Translations under genes and position numbers: made by a program
NCBI RefSeq assembly: GCF_963530955.1
Contig: NZ_CAUSFQ010000001.1
Coordinates: forward strand, 1-57,879
Direction of reading: 5' to 3'
DNA length: 57,879 nucleotides
Source: Lancefieldella parvula
Lineage (GTDB): Bacteria; Actinomycetota; Coriobacteriia; Coriobacteriales; Atopobiaceae
Notes under the pieces: model-generated
Told to the model about the DNA's origin: nothing
Databases searched by the model: none
What the model saw: only the letters and a program-made list of their open reading frames with translations
Part shown: positions 9,161 to 19,832 of the stretch, piece by piece
How positions within the stretch are numbered: position 1 is the stretch's first letter
Layout of the letters: each line of letters opens with the position of its first letter

Positions 9161-9532
9161 TTGCCTACTATTAACCAGCTCGTACGTAAGGGCCGCGTGA
9201 GCGTCAAGTCAAAGTCTAAGAACGCCGCTCTTCAGCACAACCCACAGAAGCGTGGTGTTTGCACCCGCGTTTTCACCACTACGCCAAAGAAGCCTAACTC
9301 AGCACTCCGTAAGGTTGCTCGTGTTCGTCTTGTTAATGGCATTGAGGTAACCGCTTACATTCCTGGTGAGGGCCACAACCTCCAGGAGCACTCCATTGTT
9401 CTGGTTCGTGGCGGCCGTGTCCGTGACCTTCCTGGTGTTCGTTACAAGGTTGTTCGCGGTGCATTCGACTGCGCAGCAGTTCAGAATCGTGCTCAGGGCC
9501 GTTCCCGTTACGGCACTAAGCGTGCTAAGTAA
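9161..9532 (+). CDS. rpsL: 30S ribosomal protein S12
   Basis: TTG start after [35 protein letters not shown]. Confidence 0.98.
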   Translation: MPTINQLVRKGRVSVKSKSKNAALQHNPQKRGVCTRVFTTTPKKPNSALRKVARVRLVNGIEVTAYIPGEGHNLQEHSIVLVRGGRVRDLPGVRYKVVRGAFDCAAVQNRAQGRSRYGTKRAK

Positions 9533-9570
9533 TCACGTCCACTACTCGAACTAGTTCTTAGGAGATTAAT

Positions 9571-10041
9571 ATGCCGCGTCGCGCAGCAGCAGTACGTCGT
9601 GAGGTTATGCCTGACGCCGTCTACAACAATCGTCTGGTAACCCAGCTTATTAACAAGGTCCTTCTCGACGGCAAGAAAGCAACCGCAGAGCGCATTGTCT
9701 ACGGTGCATTTGACATCGTCGCAGAGAAGACTGGTGAGGATGCCCTCACTGTCTTCAAGAAGGCTATGGATAACATTCGCCCAACACTTGAGGTTAAGCC
9801 TAAGCGTGTTGGTGGCGCTACTTACCAGGTCCCAATGGAGGTCAACTCCCGTCGTGCAACTACTCTTGCTATCCGCTGGATGGTCACTTTCAGCCGTAGC
9901 CGTAAAGAGAAGACCATGGCAGAGCGTCTTGCAAACGAGATCATCGACGCAACTAACGGCGTAGGTGCATCCGTCAAGCGCCGCGAGGACCTGTACAAGA
10001 TGGCTGAGGCCAACCGCGCCTTCTCCCACTACCGCTTCTAG
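9571..10041 (+). CDS. rpsG: 30S ribosomal protein S7
   Basis: [27 protein letters not shown]. Confidence 0.98.
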   Translation: MPRRAAAVRREVMPDAVYNNRLVTQLINKVLLDGKKATAERIVYGAFDIVAEKTGEDALTVFKKAMDNIRPTLEVKPKRVGGATYQVPMEVNSRRATTLAIRWMVTFSRSRKEKTMAERLANEIIDATNGVGASVKRREDLYKMAEANRAFSHYRF

Positions 10042-10065
10042 TCGGAATTCAGGAGTAGCAAACAA

Positions 10066-12162
10066 ATGGCTAAGACTAAGTACAATCTTAAAGACCTCCG
10101 CAACATCGGCATCATGGCTCACATCGATGCTGGTAAGACCACCACTACGGAGCGTATTCTTTACTACACCGGTAAGACCCACAAGATTGGTGAGGTCCAC
10201 GACGGTGCAGCAACCATGGACTGGATGATTCAGGAGCAGGAGCGCGGCGTAACCATTACTTCCGCAGCTACCACTTGCTTCTGGAAAGACCATGTCATCC
10301 AGATCATCGACACCCCAGGCCACGTTGACTTTACCGCTGAGGTTGAGCGTTCTCTTCGTGTTCTGGACGGCGCAGTTGCAGTCTTCGACGCAGTTGCAGG
10401 CGTTCAGCCACAGTCCGAGACCGTTTGGCGTCAGGCTACCAAGTACGGCGTACCTCGTATTGCATTCATCAACAAGTTTGACCGCGTAGGCGCAGACTTC
10501 TTCCGTGCAATCCAGACCATGCGTGACCGCCTTGGCGCAAACGCAATTGCAGCTCAGGTCCCAATGGGTGCTGAGTCCAACTTCTGGGGTCTTATCGACC
10601 TTGTCACTAACACTGCATGGGACTTCAAAGAGGATGCTAAGGGCATGATTTACCCTGAGCCACTCGACGAGATTCCTGCTGAGTTTGTAGAGATTGCAGC
10701 TGAGAAGCGTGAAGAGCTTCTTGAGGCAGCTTCTGACTTCTCTGAGGAGCTCATGATGGCTGTTCTCGAGGGTGAAGAGGTTGACGTTGAGACCCTTAAG
10801 GGTGCTCTTCGTGCTGGCGTTCTTGCTGGTCAGATTAACCCTGTCTTTGTTGGTTCCGCTTACAAGAACAAGGGTATTCAGGAGCTTCTGGACGCAGTCA
10901 TCGACTTCCTTCCAAGCCCTCTGGATGTTCCAGAGATTGATGGTGTCACTCCTAAGGGTGACGAGGCTGTCCGTCACGCAGACGTCAAAGAGCCATTCTC
11001 CGCTCTTGCATTCAAGATTATGACTGACCCTTATGTCGGTAAGCTTACCTACATTCGTGTCTACTCTGGTCAGGCTGAGGCAGGTTCTTACGTCTACAAC
11101 TCCGTCAAGGACAACCGTGAACGTTTTGGCCGCATCCTCGAGATGAACGCAAACGACCGTGTTGACCGTGAAGAGTGCTCCGCAGGCGACATCGTTGCAT
11201 GCGTTGGTCTCAAGAACACCACTACTGGTGACACCCTTTGTGACGAGAAGAACCCAATCATCCTTGAGTCCATCAGCTTCGCAGATCCTGTTATCGACGT
11301 TGCTGTTGAGCCTAAAACCAAGGCTGAGCAGGAGAAGATGTCCATCGGCCTTTCTAAGCTGGCTGAAGAGGACCCAACCTTCCAGGTTCACACTGATCAC
11401 GAGACCGGCCAGACCATCATTGCTGGTATGGGTGAGCTTCACCTTGAGATTATTGTTGACCGTCTCCGTCGTGAGTTTAAGGTTGACTGCAACGTTGGTA
11501 AGCCACAGGTTGCTTACCGCGAGACTGCTGGTAAGGCAGTAAGCCACGCTGAGGGCAAGTTTGTCCGTCAGTCTGGTGGTAAGGGTCAGTATGGCCACGC
11601 AGTCATCGACCTTGAGCCACAGGAAGAGGGCAAGGGTTACGAGTTTGTCAACGCTATCGTCGGTGGTGTTATTCCTAAGGAGTACATCCCATCTATCGAT
11701 AAGGGCATTCGTGAGGCTCTTGAGAACGGTGTTATTGCTGGTTACCCAGTAGTCGACATCAAGGTCACTCTTGTTGATGGTTCTTACCACGAGGTCGACT
11801 CCTCTGAGGCAGCATTCAAGATTGCTGGTTCTATGGCAATTAAGGATGCTCTCAAGAAGTCCAACCCAGTCCTTCTCGAGCCAGTTGAGTCTGTTGAGGT
11901 TGAGACACCTGAGCAGTACATGGGCGACGTTATGGGCAACCTTTCTTCCCGTCGTGGCAAGATTGAGGGTATGGACGATCGTATGGACGCCAAGGTCATC
12001 CGCGCTAAGGTGCCTCTTGGTGAGATGTTCGGTTACGCAACCGACCTTCGTTCCCAGACCCAGGGCCGCGCGAGCTACACCATGCAGTTCGATTCTTACG
12101 AGCCCGTTCCTAACGCTGTACGCGAAGAGATTGTCGCCAAAAACGGCGGCTCTGCATCCTAA
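10066..12162 (+). CDS. fusA: Elongation factor G
   Basis: [30 protein letters not shown]. Confidence 0.99.
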   Translation: MAKTKYNLKDLRNIGIMAHIDAGKTTTTERILYYTGKTHKIGEVHDGAATMDWMIQEQERGVTITSAATTCFWKDHVIQIIDTPGHVDFTAEVERSLRVLDGAVAVFDAVAGVQPQSETVWRQATKYGVPRIAFINKFDRVGADFFRAIQTMRDRLGANAIAAQVPMGAESNFWGLIDLVTNTAWDFKEDAKGMIYPEPLDEIPAEFVEIAAEKREELLEAASDFSEELMMAVLEGEEVDVETLKGALRAGVLAGQINPVFVGSAYKNKGIQELLDAVIDFLPSPLDVPEIDGVTPKGDEAVRHADVKEPFSALAFKIMTDPYVGKLTYIRVYSGQAEAGSYVYNSVKDNRERFGRILEMNANDRVDREECSAGDIVACVGLKNTTTGDTLCDEKNPIILESISFADPVIDVAVEPKTKAEQEKMSIGLSKLAEEDPTFQVHTDHETGQTIIAGMGELHLEIIVDRLRREFKVDCNVGKPQVAYRETAGKAVSHAEGKFVRQSGGKGQYGHAVIDLEPQEEGKGYEFVNAIVGGVIPKEYIPSIDKGIREALENGVIAGYPVVDIKVTLVDGSYHEVDSSEAAFKIAGSMAIKDALKKSNPVLLEPVESVEVETPEQYMGDVMGNLSSRRGKIEGMDDRMDAKVIRAKVPLGEMFGYATDLRSQTQGRASYTMQFDSYEPVPNAVREEIVAKNGGSAS

Positions 12163-12205
12163 GTAAACGACCACGAGCTCTAGCTCATGTATGGAGGTAC
12201 CCAAA

Positions 12206-12514
12206 GTGTCAAGCCAGAAGATCAGGATTCGCCTCAAGGGCTATGATCACGAGGTCATTGATCAGTCCGCTAAGCTGATTGTTGACACCGCACAGAAGAC
12301 AGGTGCGCGTGTTTCCGGTCCTATCCCTCTGCCAACCGAGCGTAACCTTTACACCGTTATCCGCTCCCCACACAAGGATAAGGATTCCCGTGATCAGTTT
12401 GAGATGCGCACTCACAAGCGTCTCATCGATATTCTCGACCCAAGCTCTTCTACCGTTGATTCGCTTATGCGTCTCGACCTTCCAACTGGTGTCGATATCG
12501 AGATCAAGCTCTAA
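12206..12514 (+). CDS. rpsJ: 30S ribosomal protein S10
   Basis: GTG start after [31 protein letters not shown]. Confidence 0.97.
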   Translation: MSSQKIRIRLKGYDHEVIDQSAKLIVDTAQKTGARVSGPIPLPTERNLYTVIRSPHKDKDSRDQFEMRTHKRLIDILDPSSSTVDSLMRLDLPTGVDIEIKL

Positions 12515-12537
12515 GCATTCGGCTTAATCCAACATAT

Positions 12538-12573
12538 AAACCCTCCTGCGCACTTTTACGCAGGAGGGTTTTT
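12538..12573 (+). terminator. Intrinsic terminator after rpsJ
   Basis: AAACCCTCCTGCG/CGCAGGAGGGTTT stem plus T run. Confidence 0.85.
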
Positions 12574-12612
12574 GTGTGGGTATACTTTCCGCTTGCGCTT
12601 GATTTGCTCCAA

Positions 12613-12730
12613 GCCTGATTTCTGCAAAGAATCTGTAAATTCTGCCTAAAAACATTAAAGAATCTGTGGATTTGCCTGATTTTACAAAAGAATCGGTGGC
12701 TCAAATACAGATTCTTTGCACTTTTCAGGC
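12613..12730. repeat. Repeat module 1: three direct 24-bp units plus one inverted unit
   Basis: GCCT-N9-AAAGAATCKGT at 12613, 12644, 12674; inverted copy 12707-12730. Confidence 0.85.
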
Positions 12731-12767
12731 AGGGTTTAAAGCGTGTCCGAGCTCACCCTTTCAGGGA

Positions 12768-12887
12768 GCCTGATGTTATCGTCATGTCTGAACGTTTTGC
12801 CGGAAAAGTGCACCAAGTCTGAGCGATTTGCCTGTTTTTCTCGCCATGTCTGAGTAAATTTACTCAGACTTGATGCCCTTTTCAGGC
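12768..12887. repeat. Repeat module 2: three direct 26-bp units plus one inverted unit
   Basis: GCCKG-N11-AWGTCTGARY at 12768, 12799, 12830; inverted copy 12862-12887. Confidence 0.85.
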
Positions 12888-12989
12888 TGGCTAATGCAGG
12901 AGCACGTTACTTTACAGAGTAAAGGGCATGTTTAGCGAGAAACCCGTAGAATAGGGAAGCGAATACTTTTACAGCGCACAGGAGAAGAG

Positions 12990-13508
12990 ATGAAGGATAC
13001 TCGGATAAACGCTCATCACCAGCTAAACAACGTCCACTCAGAAAACGCTCATGTGACCAAGGTTCTCTTTGTGTGTCACGGAAATATCTGCAGGTCAACA
13101 ATGGCACAGTACGTCATGCAGGACCTTGTCGAGAAAAATGGTCTCGCAGACTCGTTTGTCATTGACTCAGCCGCAACCTCCACTGAAGAGATTGGTAACC
13201 CTGTTGACCCTCGTACGCGACACAAGCTTCAGCAAGAGGGGATTCGTTGTGGCAATCATCGTGCGAGGCAGATGACGCGCGCAGATTACGAGAACTTCGA
13301 TTACCTCATTGGCATGGACCACAATAACCTGCGCAACATGATGCGTATGCTTAAGAATGATCCGCTTGGAAAGGTTTCGCTGCTCCTTGATTGGACGGAA
13401 AAGCCTCGCGATATTGCGGATCCATGGTATTCAGGAAATTTTGATCTGACGTATAAGGATGTTACTGAGGGTTGCGAAGCATTGCTCAAAAAACTTTTGG
13501 CAAGGTAA
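12990..13508 (+). CDS. Low-molecular-weight protein-tyrosine phosphatase (start may be GTG 13053)
   Basis: VLFVCHGNICRS active-site loop; DIADPWY. Confidence 0.93.
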   Translation: MKDTRINAHHQLNNVHSENAHVTKVLFVCHGNICRSTMAQYVMQDLVEKNGLADSFVIDSAATSTEEIGNPVDPRTRHKLQQEGIRCGNHRARQMTRADYENFDYLIGMDHNNLRNMMRMLKNDPLGKVSLLLDWTEKPRDIADPWYSGNFDLTYKDVTEGCEALLKKLLAR

Positions 13509-13600
13509 TTTCGGCAGCCTGATTTTTCAAAGTTATTACCGTGGATTGTTTTTACAAAATTTCTGAAAAAACTTTTCAAAATTCTTTGGGTTTATCGCCA

Positions 13601-13630
13601 ATAGATACGCCCGGGTCAGCGGTTTGACCT
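13601..13630 (+). promoter_or_regulatory. Candidate leader RNA motif copy upstream of rplC
   Basis: ATAGATACGCCCGG-GTCA-GCGG-TT-TGAC. Confidence 0.55.
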
Positions 13631-13865
13631 CGCAAAATAGGTGAGAAGAAAGATCTCGCAGCTAGATGGTATCAAACGGTCTTCACAAAGCGTTCATCTT
13701 TTAGAGATTTTAGGCTTGTTTCTTGTCAAAAATGAGTGTAAAGTAGACGGGCTGCTCAAACAGGACAATTATGTCTAAAGGCAGTATGTACAGGACGTGG
13801 TCCGCTGGGGAAGAGTACCCGATGTGCTCTCAAGGTCCCATGACCACCGAAGGTTAGGAAAGAGC

Positions 13866-14486
13866 ATGGTTAATACCATCCTCGGCCGCAAGCTGGGCAT
13901 GACCCAGGTATGGGACGAGAACGACAACGTCGTTCCTGTTACCGTCGTTCTTGCTGGCCCCTGCACCGTTTCACAGGTAAAGACTGTTGAGACGGACGGC
14001 TACAATGCCGTACAGATTGGCTTCGGCGACATCTCCGAGAAGCATGTCAACAAGCCAATGGCTGGTCACTTCAAGGCACAGGGCGTCGAGCCAATGCGTT
14101 ACCTCCGCGAGGTCCGCGTTGAGGATGCTTCTGAGCACAAGACCGGCGATGTTGTCACAGTTGCTGACTTCTCTGAGGTCACCGCTGTTGACGTAACAGG
14201 CACTTCTAAGGGTAAGGGTTTCCAGGGTACCGTTAAGCGCTGGAACTTCTCTCGCGGTCCAATGACTCACGGTTCTCGTAACCAGCGTCGTCCAGGTTCC
14301 ATTGGTCAGTGCGCATACCCTGCACGCGTTCGTAAGGGCCTTCACATGTATGGTCACATGGGCGCAGAGCGCGTTACGGTCAAGAACCTTAAGCTTGTCC
14401 GCGTTGATGCTGAGCAGAACCTCATGCTTATCAAGGGTGCTGTTCCTGGCGGCAAGAATGCCCTCGTCCAGGTCCGCATGGCCTAA
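13866..14486 (+). CDS. rplC: 50S ribosomal protein L3
   Basis: GRKLGMTQ, GTSKGKGFQG, HGS..RRPGSIG. Confidence 0.98.
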   Translation: MVNTILGRKLGMTQVWDENDNVVPVTVVLAGPCTVSQVKTVETDGYNAVQIGFGDISEKHVNKPMAGHFKAQGVEPMRYLREVRVEDASEHKTGDVVTVADFSEVTAVDVTGTSKGKGFQGTVKRWNFSRGPMTHGSRNQRRPGSIGQCAYPARVRKGLHMYGHMGAERVTVKNLKLVRVDAEQNLMLIKGAVPGGKNALVQVRMA

Positions 14487-14525
14487 GGGCCTTTAGGCAA
14501 ACACTTAGGCTAACAAGGAGACAAC

Positions 14526-15152
14526 ATGTCCAAGTATGAGATTAAGAACGTAGAGGGAAAGAAGGTCGGCGACGCCGAGCTCTCCTCTGACGTCTATGGC
14601 ATTGAGCCAAACATCCCTGTTGTGCACCAGGTTGTAGTCTGCCAGGACGCATCCGCACGTCAGGGTACCCACTCTACAAAGAACCGTCACGAGGTATCCG
14701 GCGGTGGCGTTAAGCCTTACCGTCAGAAGGGTACTGGTCGTGCTCGCCAGGGTTCTATTCGTGCTGGTCAGTGGACTGGTGGTGGCGTCATCTTTGGACC
14801 TACCCCTCGTTCCCACGCACGTCGTATTAACAACAAGATGGTCAAGCTTGCTATGAGGTCCGTCCTCTCCGGCAAGGTTGCAGATTCCGAGCTTGTCCTC
14901 GTTGACTCTCTCGAGTTTGCTCAGCCTTCCACCAAGCAGGCAAAGGCTGCACTTCAGAACCTCGGTATTGAGGGTAAGCGCGTTACCGTCATCGTCCCAG
15001 ACGACGACGTCAACACCTACCTCTCTTTCCGCAACCTTCCTAAGGTTTCAATCTTCGGCGTTTCTGAGGTTACTACTCGTTTCCTGATCGACAACGGCGC
15101 ACTTGTTATGTCCGCTGATGTCGCTAAGCAGCTTGGGGAGGTGCTCGCATAA
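14526..15152 (+). CDS. rplD: 50S ribosomal protein L4
   Basis: RQGTHSTK, KPYRQKGTGRARQGS. Confidence 0.98.
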   Translation: MSKYEIKNVEGKKVGDAELSSDVYGIEPNIPVVHQVVVCQDASARQGTHSTKNRHEVSGGGVKPYRQKGTGRARQGSIRAGQWTGGGVIFGPTPRSHARRINNKMVKLAMRSVLSGKVADSELVLVDSLEFAQPSTKQAKAALQNLGIEGKRVTVIVPDDDVNTYLSFRNLPKVSIFGVSEVTTRFLIDNGALVMSADVAKQLGEVLA

Positions 15153-15451
15153 TGAACTCTCCTTATGAGGTCATCATTCGTCCTATCGTTTCAGAGCGTG
15201 CTTTCGATCTGATGGAGCAGGGCAAGTACACTTTTGAGGTTGCTCGTAACGCAGGTAAAGAAGAGATTGCTGCAGCTGTAGAGAAGCTCTTCTCTGTACA
15301 CGTCACCAAGGTAAACACACTTTCTGTTAAGCCAAAGAACAAGCGTGTACGTTATCAGCAGGCAGGCAAGACCCGCCAGTGGAAGAAGGCTATTGTTACC
15401 CTCGCTGCTGGTGAGACTATCGAGATCTTCGGTAATAACTCTGCTGAGTAA
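15152..15451 (+). CDS. rplW: 50S ribosomal protein L23
   Basis: IIRPIVSE, YTFEV, WKKAIVTL. Confidence 0.97.
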   Translation: MNSPYEVIIRPIVSERAFDLMEQGKYTFEVARNAGKEEIAAAVEKLFSVHVTKVNTLSVKPKNKRVRYQQAGKTRQWKKAIVTLAAGETIEIFGNNSAE

Positions 15452-15502
15452 GGTTTTTCTCCCGTGCCTCTTTTGAGGTACGGGTTCGTATGCCGCGCAT
15501 AG

Positions 15503-15535
15503 TAGATACGCGCGGTACCGTGGTAATCCGGTGTT
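15503..15535 (+). promoter_or_regulatory. Candidate leader RNA motif copy upstream of rplB
   Basis: TAGATACGCGCGG-TACC-GTGG-TAATCC-GGTG, flanked by two further hairpins. Confidence 0.55.
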
Positions 15536-15589
15536 AGCTCGACTTTCCCTTAAGCGGGCTAGCCAACGGAGAAGAAAGGGATACTGTTT

Positions 15590-16426
15590 ATGGCAGTTAG
15601 GCATCTAAAGCCAACAAGCGCAGGCAGGCGCTTCCAGACAATCTCAGACTTTGCTGAGATTACAACTGATAAGCCCGAGAAGTCCCTTCTCGAGCCTCTG
15701 CCAAAGAAGGCTGGCCGCAACAACAATGGCCGCATCACTACCCGTCACCAGGGTGGTGGCCACAAGCGCCAGTACCGTCGTATCGACTTCAAGCGTCGCA
15801 AGGATGACATCCCAGCTAAGGTCGCTACTGTTGAGTACGATCCTAACCGTTCCGCTCGTATTGCTCTTCTGCACTATGCAGACGGCGCAAAGGCATACAT
15901 CCATTGCCCAGAGGGCCTGAGCGTCGGTGACACCGTTCTTTCTGGTACCAAGGACATCGACATCAAGCCTGGTAACTGCACCACTCTTGAGCAGATTCCA
16001 GTAGGTACTCTTGTTCACGCAGTTGAGTTCCAGCCTGGCAAGGGTGCTGCAATGGCACGTGCTGCTGGTACTTCCGTCCAGCTCATGGGTAAGGACAACG
16101 GCTATGCAGTTCTGCGTATGCCTTCCTCCGAGCTCCGTCGTGTTCTTCTGACCTGCCGTGCAACCATCGGCGAGGTTGGTAACGCTGAGCACTCCAACAT
16201 TGTTGTTGGTAAGGCTGGTCGTTCCCGTTGGGCAGGCGTCCGTCCTACCGTCCGTGGTACTGTCATGAACCCTGTTGACCACCCACACGGCGGTGGTGAA
16301 GGTAAGAACCATACTTCTGGTCGTCCTTCCGTCACCCCATGGGGTAAGCCAACCAAGGGTTATAAGACCCGCGACCCGAAGAAGGCTTCTAACCGCCTGA
16401 TCATTCGCCGTCGTAAGTCCAAGTAA
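15590..16426 (+). CDS. rplB: 50S ribosomal protein L2
   Basis: [39 protein letters not shown]. Confidence 0.99.
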   Translation: MAVRHLKPTSAGRRFQTISDFAEITTDKPEKSLLEPLPKKAGRNNNGRITTRHQGGGHKRQYRRIDFKRRKDDIPAKVATVEYDPNRSARIALLHYADGAKAYIHCPEGLSVGDTVLSGTKDIDIKPGNCTTLEQIPVGTLVHAVEFQPGKGAAMARAAGTSVQLMGKDNGYAVLRMPSSELRRVLLTCRATIGEVGNAEHSNIVVGKAGRSRWAGVRPTVRGTVMNPVDHPHGGGEGKNHTSGRPSVTPWGKPTKGYKTRDPKKASNRLIIRRRKSK

Positions 16427-16447
16427 GACACGAGTAGGAGTAGATAA

Positions 16448-16708
16448 ATGAGCAGAAGTCTCAAAAAAGGCCCCTTTGTGGAGACTCGCCTCCTTGCGCG
16501 TGTCGCTGCAATGAACGAGGCTGGCAAGAAGGACGTTATCAAGACTTGGTCACGTTCCTCAACCATCTTCCCTGAGATGGTCGGTCACACCATCGCTGTT
16601 CACGATGGTCGTAAGCATGTACCTGTGTACGTCACCGAGTCCATGGTTGGTCACAAGTTGGGCGAGTTCTCCCCATCCCGTACCTTCCGCGGTCACAAGG
16701 CCAAATAG
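16448..16708 (+). CDS. rpsS: 30S ribosomal protein S19
   Basis: [23 protein letters not shown]. Confidence 0.98.
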   Translation: MSRSLKKGPFVETRLLARVAAMNEAGKKDVIKTWSRSSTIFPEMVGHTIAVHDGRKHVPVYVTESMVGHKLGEFSPSRTFRGHKAK

Positions 16709-16722
16709 GGGGAGTGTAGTAA

Positions 16723-17085
16723 ATGGCTAAGAACACCGATTCTATTGAGGTTCGCGCAACAGCTAAGTATGTTCGCGTTGCTCCTCGTAAGGCTCGCGCA
16801 GTTGTCGCGCTTGTCCGCGGTAAGTCTGTCGAGAAGGCCCTTGAGGTTCTTCAGTTCTCGACTCGTGCTGCCGCTACTGATGTTGCTAAGGTTCTGCGCT
16901 CTGCAGTTGCTAACGCCGAGAACAACAATGGTCTCCGTGCTAACAACCTGGTAGTCAAGACCGCTTTTGTTGACGAAGGCCCAACGCTTAAGCGTATTCG
17001 CCCTCGTGCAAAGGGTTCGGCTTCCCGCATTAACAAGCGCATGAGCCACATTACCGTTGTCGTTGCACCTCGAAAGGAGGCGTAG
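16723..17085 (+). CDS. rplV: 50S ribosomal protein L22
   Basis: [24 protein letters not shown]. Confidence 0.98.
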   Translation: MAKNTDSIEVRATAKYVRVAPRKARAVVALVRGKSVEKALEVLQFSTRAAATDVAKVLRSAVANAENNNGLRANNLVVKTAFVDEGPTLKRIRPRAKGSASRINKRMSHITVVVAPRKEA

Positions 17086-17087
17086 GA

Positions 17088-17798
17088 ATGGGTCAGAAAG
17101 TACAGCCTACAGGCTTCCGTCTTGGTGTAACCGAGAGCTGGCGTTCTCGTTGGTACGCCGATAAGGACTACGCCGAGCAGCTCGGCAACGATCTTGCTAT
17201 CCGCAAGTATCTTGAGAAGCGCCTTGAGAAGGCAGCTGTTGCTCGCATTGACATCGAGCGCGCTGGCGATAAGGTCAAGGTAACTATTTTCTCCGCACGT
17301 CCTGGTATTGTCATTGGCAAGAAGGGTGCAGAGATTGACGGCCTCCGTGCAGATCTTGAGCGTGTTGCTAAGGTCGGCAAGGGTCAGGTCAACGTTGATG
17401 TTGTCGAGGTTAAGCGTCCTGAGCTTGACGCAAACCTTGTTGCTCAGTCCATCGCAGAGCAGCTTGAGCAGCGTGTCGCTTTCCGTCGCGCTATGCGTAA
17501 GGCTGTTCAGTCCGCTCGTAAGGCTGGCGCTAAGGGTATTCGTATCCAGTGCTCCGGTCGTCTGAACGGTGCTGAGATGGGCCGCCGTGAGTGGTACCGT
17601 GAGGGTCGCGTGCCTCTGCACACCCTTCGTGCTGCAATCGGCTATGGTACCGCTACAGGTCGCACCACCATGGGCGCTGTTGGTATCAAGGTTTGGATTT
17701 ATTACGGCGAGAAGATGCCTGGACAGCCAACACCTAACCCAGCTCTTGAGGGCTCCGCTCGTCCTCGTCGTGCTCGCAATGAGAGGAGGGGCCGTTAA
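17088..17798 (+). CDS. rpsC: 30S ribosomal protein S3
   Basis: [30 protein letters not shown]. Confidence 0.98.
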   Translation: MGQKVQPTGFRLGVTESWRSRWYADKDYAEQLGNDLAIRKYLEKRLEKAAVARIDIERAGDKVKVTIFSARPGIVIGKKGAEIDGLRADLERVAKVGKGQVNVDVVEVKRPELDANLVAQSIAEQLEQRVAFRRAMRKAVQSARKAGAKGIRIQCSGRLNGAEMGRREWYREGRVPLHTLRAAIGYGTATGRTTMGAVGIKVWIYYGEKMPGQPTPNPALEGSARPRRARNERRGR

Positions 17799-18223
17799 TG
17801 CTTGCTCCAAAGCGTGTATTGCACCGTAAGGTACAGCGCGGTTCCATGAAGGGCCAGGCAAAGGGTAATACCCAGCTGCATTTTGGTTCCTGGGGCATCC
17901 GTGCAGAGGAGGCTCACTGGATTACTAACCGCCAGATTGAGGCTGCTCGTATTGCTCTCACCCGTGAGATGAAGCGTGGCGGTAAGGTTTGGATTACTAT
18001 CTTCCCAGATAAGCCAATCACCAAGAAGCCTGCAGAGACTCGCATGGGTTCCGGTAAGGGTAACCCAGAAGAGTGGGTAGCAGTTGTTAAGCCTGGTCGT
18101 ATCATGTTTGAGATTGATGGCGTACCAGAGGAAGTTGCTCGTGAGGCTCTCCGTCTTGCTCAGCACAAGCTTCCAATCAAGACCAAGATTGTCTCCAAGG
18201 CCGATCAGGACGGTGAGAACTAA
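17798..18223 (+). CDS. rplP: 50S ribosomal protein L16
   Basis: [20 protein letters not shown]. Confidence 0.98.
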   Translation: MLAPKRVLHRKVQRGSMKGQAKGNTQLHFGSWGIRAEEAHWITNRQIEAARIALTREMKRGGKVWITIFPDKPITKKPAETRMGSGKGNPEEWVAVVKPGRIMFEIDGVPEEVAREALRLAQHKLPIKTKIVSKADQDGEN

Positions 18224-18438
18224 TGAAGTACACCGAAATCAAGGCTATGAGCGATGCAGACCTCGCTAAGAAACTCGAGGAAGGCCGCGCAGAGCTCTTT
18301 AATCTTCGTTTCCAGATGGCAACCAGCCAGCTGGACAACACCGCTCGTGTCAAGGCTGTTAAGCGTGACATTGCTCGCGTTCAGACCGAGATGCGCACCC
18401 GTCAAATTGCTGCGGAAGCATCCGCAGAGCAGAACTAG
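18223..18438 (+). CDS. rpmC: 50S ribosomal protein L29
   Basis: ELFNLRFQ, DIARV.T; operon position. Confidence 0.96.
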   Translation: MKYTEIKAMSDADLAKKLEEGRAELFNLRFQMATSQLDNTARVKAVKRDIARVQTEMRTRQIAAEASAEQN

Positions 18439-18455
18439 ATCGCAGGAGATAAGTT

Positions 18456-18722
18456 ATGGCAGAGACCGAAAGCAGAAATGCGCGTAAGGTTCGTACCGGA
18501 CTCGTCGTCTCCATCTCTGGCGAGAAGACGATTACGGTAGAGATTACGTACCGTAAGCACCACCCTAAGTATGGCAAGATGATGACCATCGGCAAGAAGC
18601 TTCACGTTCACGATGAGAACAACGAGGCTGGTCTGGGCGATACCGTCCGCGTCATGGAGACTCGTCCTCTTTCCAAGACCAAGCGTTGGCGTCTCGCAGA
18701 GATCGTTGAGCGCGCTAAGTAA
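18456..18722 (+). CDS. rpsQ: 30S ribosomal protein S17
   Basis: [22 protein letters not shown]. Confidence 0.97.
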   Translation: MAETESRNARKVRTGLVVSISGEKTITVEITYRKHHPKYGKMMTIGKKLHVHDENNEAGLGDTVRVMETRPLSKTKRWRLAEIVERAK

Positions 18723-18832
18723 TTAGCACCTAGGAAACAGCTTTTAGCTCAACCTAGTTTTGTATCTATCATTATTTCTCATGTGCGCAAATACGCGCAC
18801 CTCTGAGAAATTAGGTTCCGGAGGAACGTCAC

Positions 18833-19201
18833 ATGATTCAGATGGAGACCATTCTCAACGTCGCTGACAACAGCGGCGCAAGGCGCGTAAAGTGCGTCAA
18901 GGTCCTTGGTGGCTCCAAGCGTCGTTACGCCGGCCTTGCCGACGTCATCATTGGCGCTGTCCAGGAGGCTACTCCAGGTGGTTCGGTGAAGAAGGGCGAC
19001 ATTGTTCGCTGTGTCATCGTTCGTACCGCTAAGGACACCCGTCGCAAGGACGGTAGCTACATCCGCTTTGACCAGAACGCATGCGTTCTTGTAAACAAAG
19101 AGGGTGAGCCCAAGGGTACTCGTATCTTTGGACCAGTCGCTCGCGAGCTGCGCGACCACAAGTACATGAAGATTGTCTCACTTGCACCTGAGACCCTTTA
19201 A
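18833..19201 (+). CDS. rplN: 50S ribosomal protein L14
   Basis: [26 protein letters not shown]. Confidence 0.98.
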   Translation: MIQMETILNVADNSGARRVKCVKVLGGSKRRYAGLADVIIGAVQEATPGGSVKKGDIVRCVIVRTAKDTRRKDGSYIRFDQNACVLVNKEGEPKGTRIFGPVARELRDHKYMKIVSLAPETL

Positions 19202-19212
19202 GGAGGAACGAC

Positions 19213-19530
19213 ATGCCTAAGATGAAGATCAAGAAGGGCGACAAGGTCGAGGTCCTCACTGGTAAGGACAAGGGTAAGCGCGGCGAGGTACTTCGCGTAT
19301 ATCCAGAGAAGAACAAGGTTGTCGTTGAGGGCGTTGCAATTGCAAAGCGCCATGTCAAGCCAAACGCAGCTAACCAGCAGGGTGGCATCGTTGAGGCAGA
19401 GGCAGCAATCGACGCTTCCAATGTTGCTCTTATCGACCCTAAGACCGACAAGCCAACTCGTGTTGGCTACCTGATCAAGGAGGACGGCACTAAGGTCCGC
19501 GTCTCCAAGAAGTCAGGCGCTGAGCTCTAA
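19213..19530 (+). CDS. rplX: 50S ribosomal protein L24
   Basis: KKGDKV..GKDKGK.G KOW motif. Confidence 0.98.
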   Translation: MPKMKIKKGDKVEVLTGKDKGKRGEVLRVYPEKNKVVVEGVAIAKRHVKPNAANQQGGIVEAEAAIDASNVALIDPKTDKPTRVGYLIKEDGTKVRVSKKSGAEL

Positions 19531-19575
19531 GTTATACGTGTTTCTCGCTTTGTAGAAACATCTCAGAGCTACTTC

Positions 19576-19612
19576 AAACCCCGTTATCATCAGATAGCGG
19601 GGTTTTCTTTTT
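19576..19612 (+). terminator. Intrinsic terminator between rplX and rplE
   Basis: AAACCCCGTTATC-atca-GATAGCGGGGTTT then TCTTTTT. Confidence 0.75.
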
Positions 19613-19832
19613 GGGCGAGAAGTGCGGTGTTGTGTAAGTCGTGTGATGACACGAAAAAATATCAGCTAGCTTGAAATTCTCGCCCCATTTTTGCTCAATA
19701 AGGTCTAATATTGTTCATTGCGTCTTTCTATGGGACACGTATGTCTCGAGGATGCAGATGGCTCCTAGTTCGCCAAACTAGGAGGTGCGAGGCGATCCCC
19801 GCACTTAAAACCCCAAGAGTTAAGGAGAAACC

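Noticed and set aside
9508..12237. 909-aa antisense ORF over rpsG/fusA, and similar long antisense ORFs over rplB, rpsC, rpsD/rpoA and nrdD
   Set aside because: Shadow ORFs: strong codon bias in highly expressed genes (few TTA/CTA/TCA codons) removes antisense stops; no recognisable motifs.
12613..12887. CRISPR array or plasmid iterons
   Set aside because: Units are degenerate, variable parts are only about 10 nt, inverted units are present, and there is no cas or rep gene.
18783..18800. AAATACGCGC before rplN as another copy of the leader motif
   Set aside because: Lacks the CGG-N4-GYGG part; it is a simple GTGCGC/GCGCAC hairpin.
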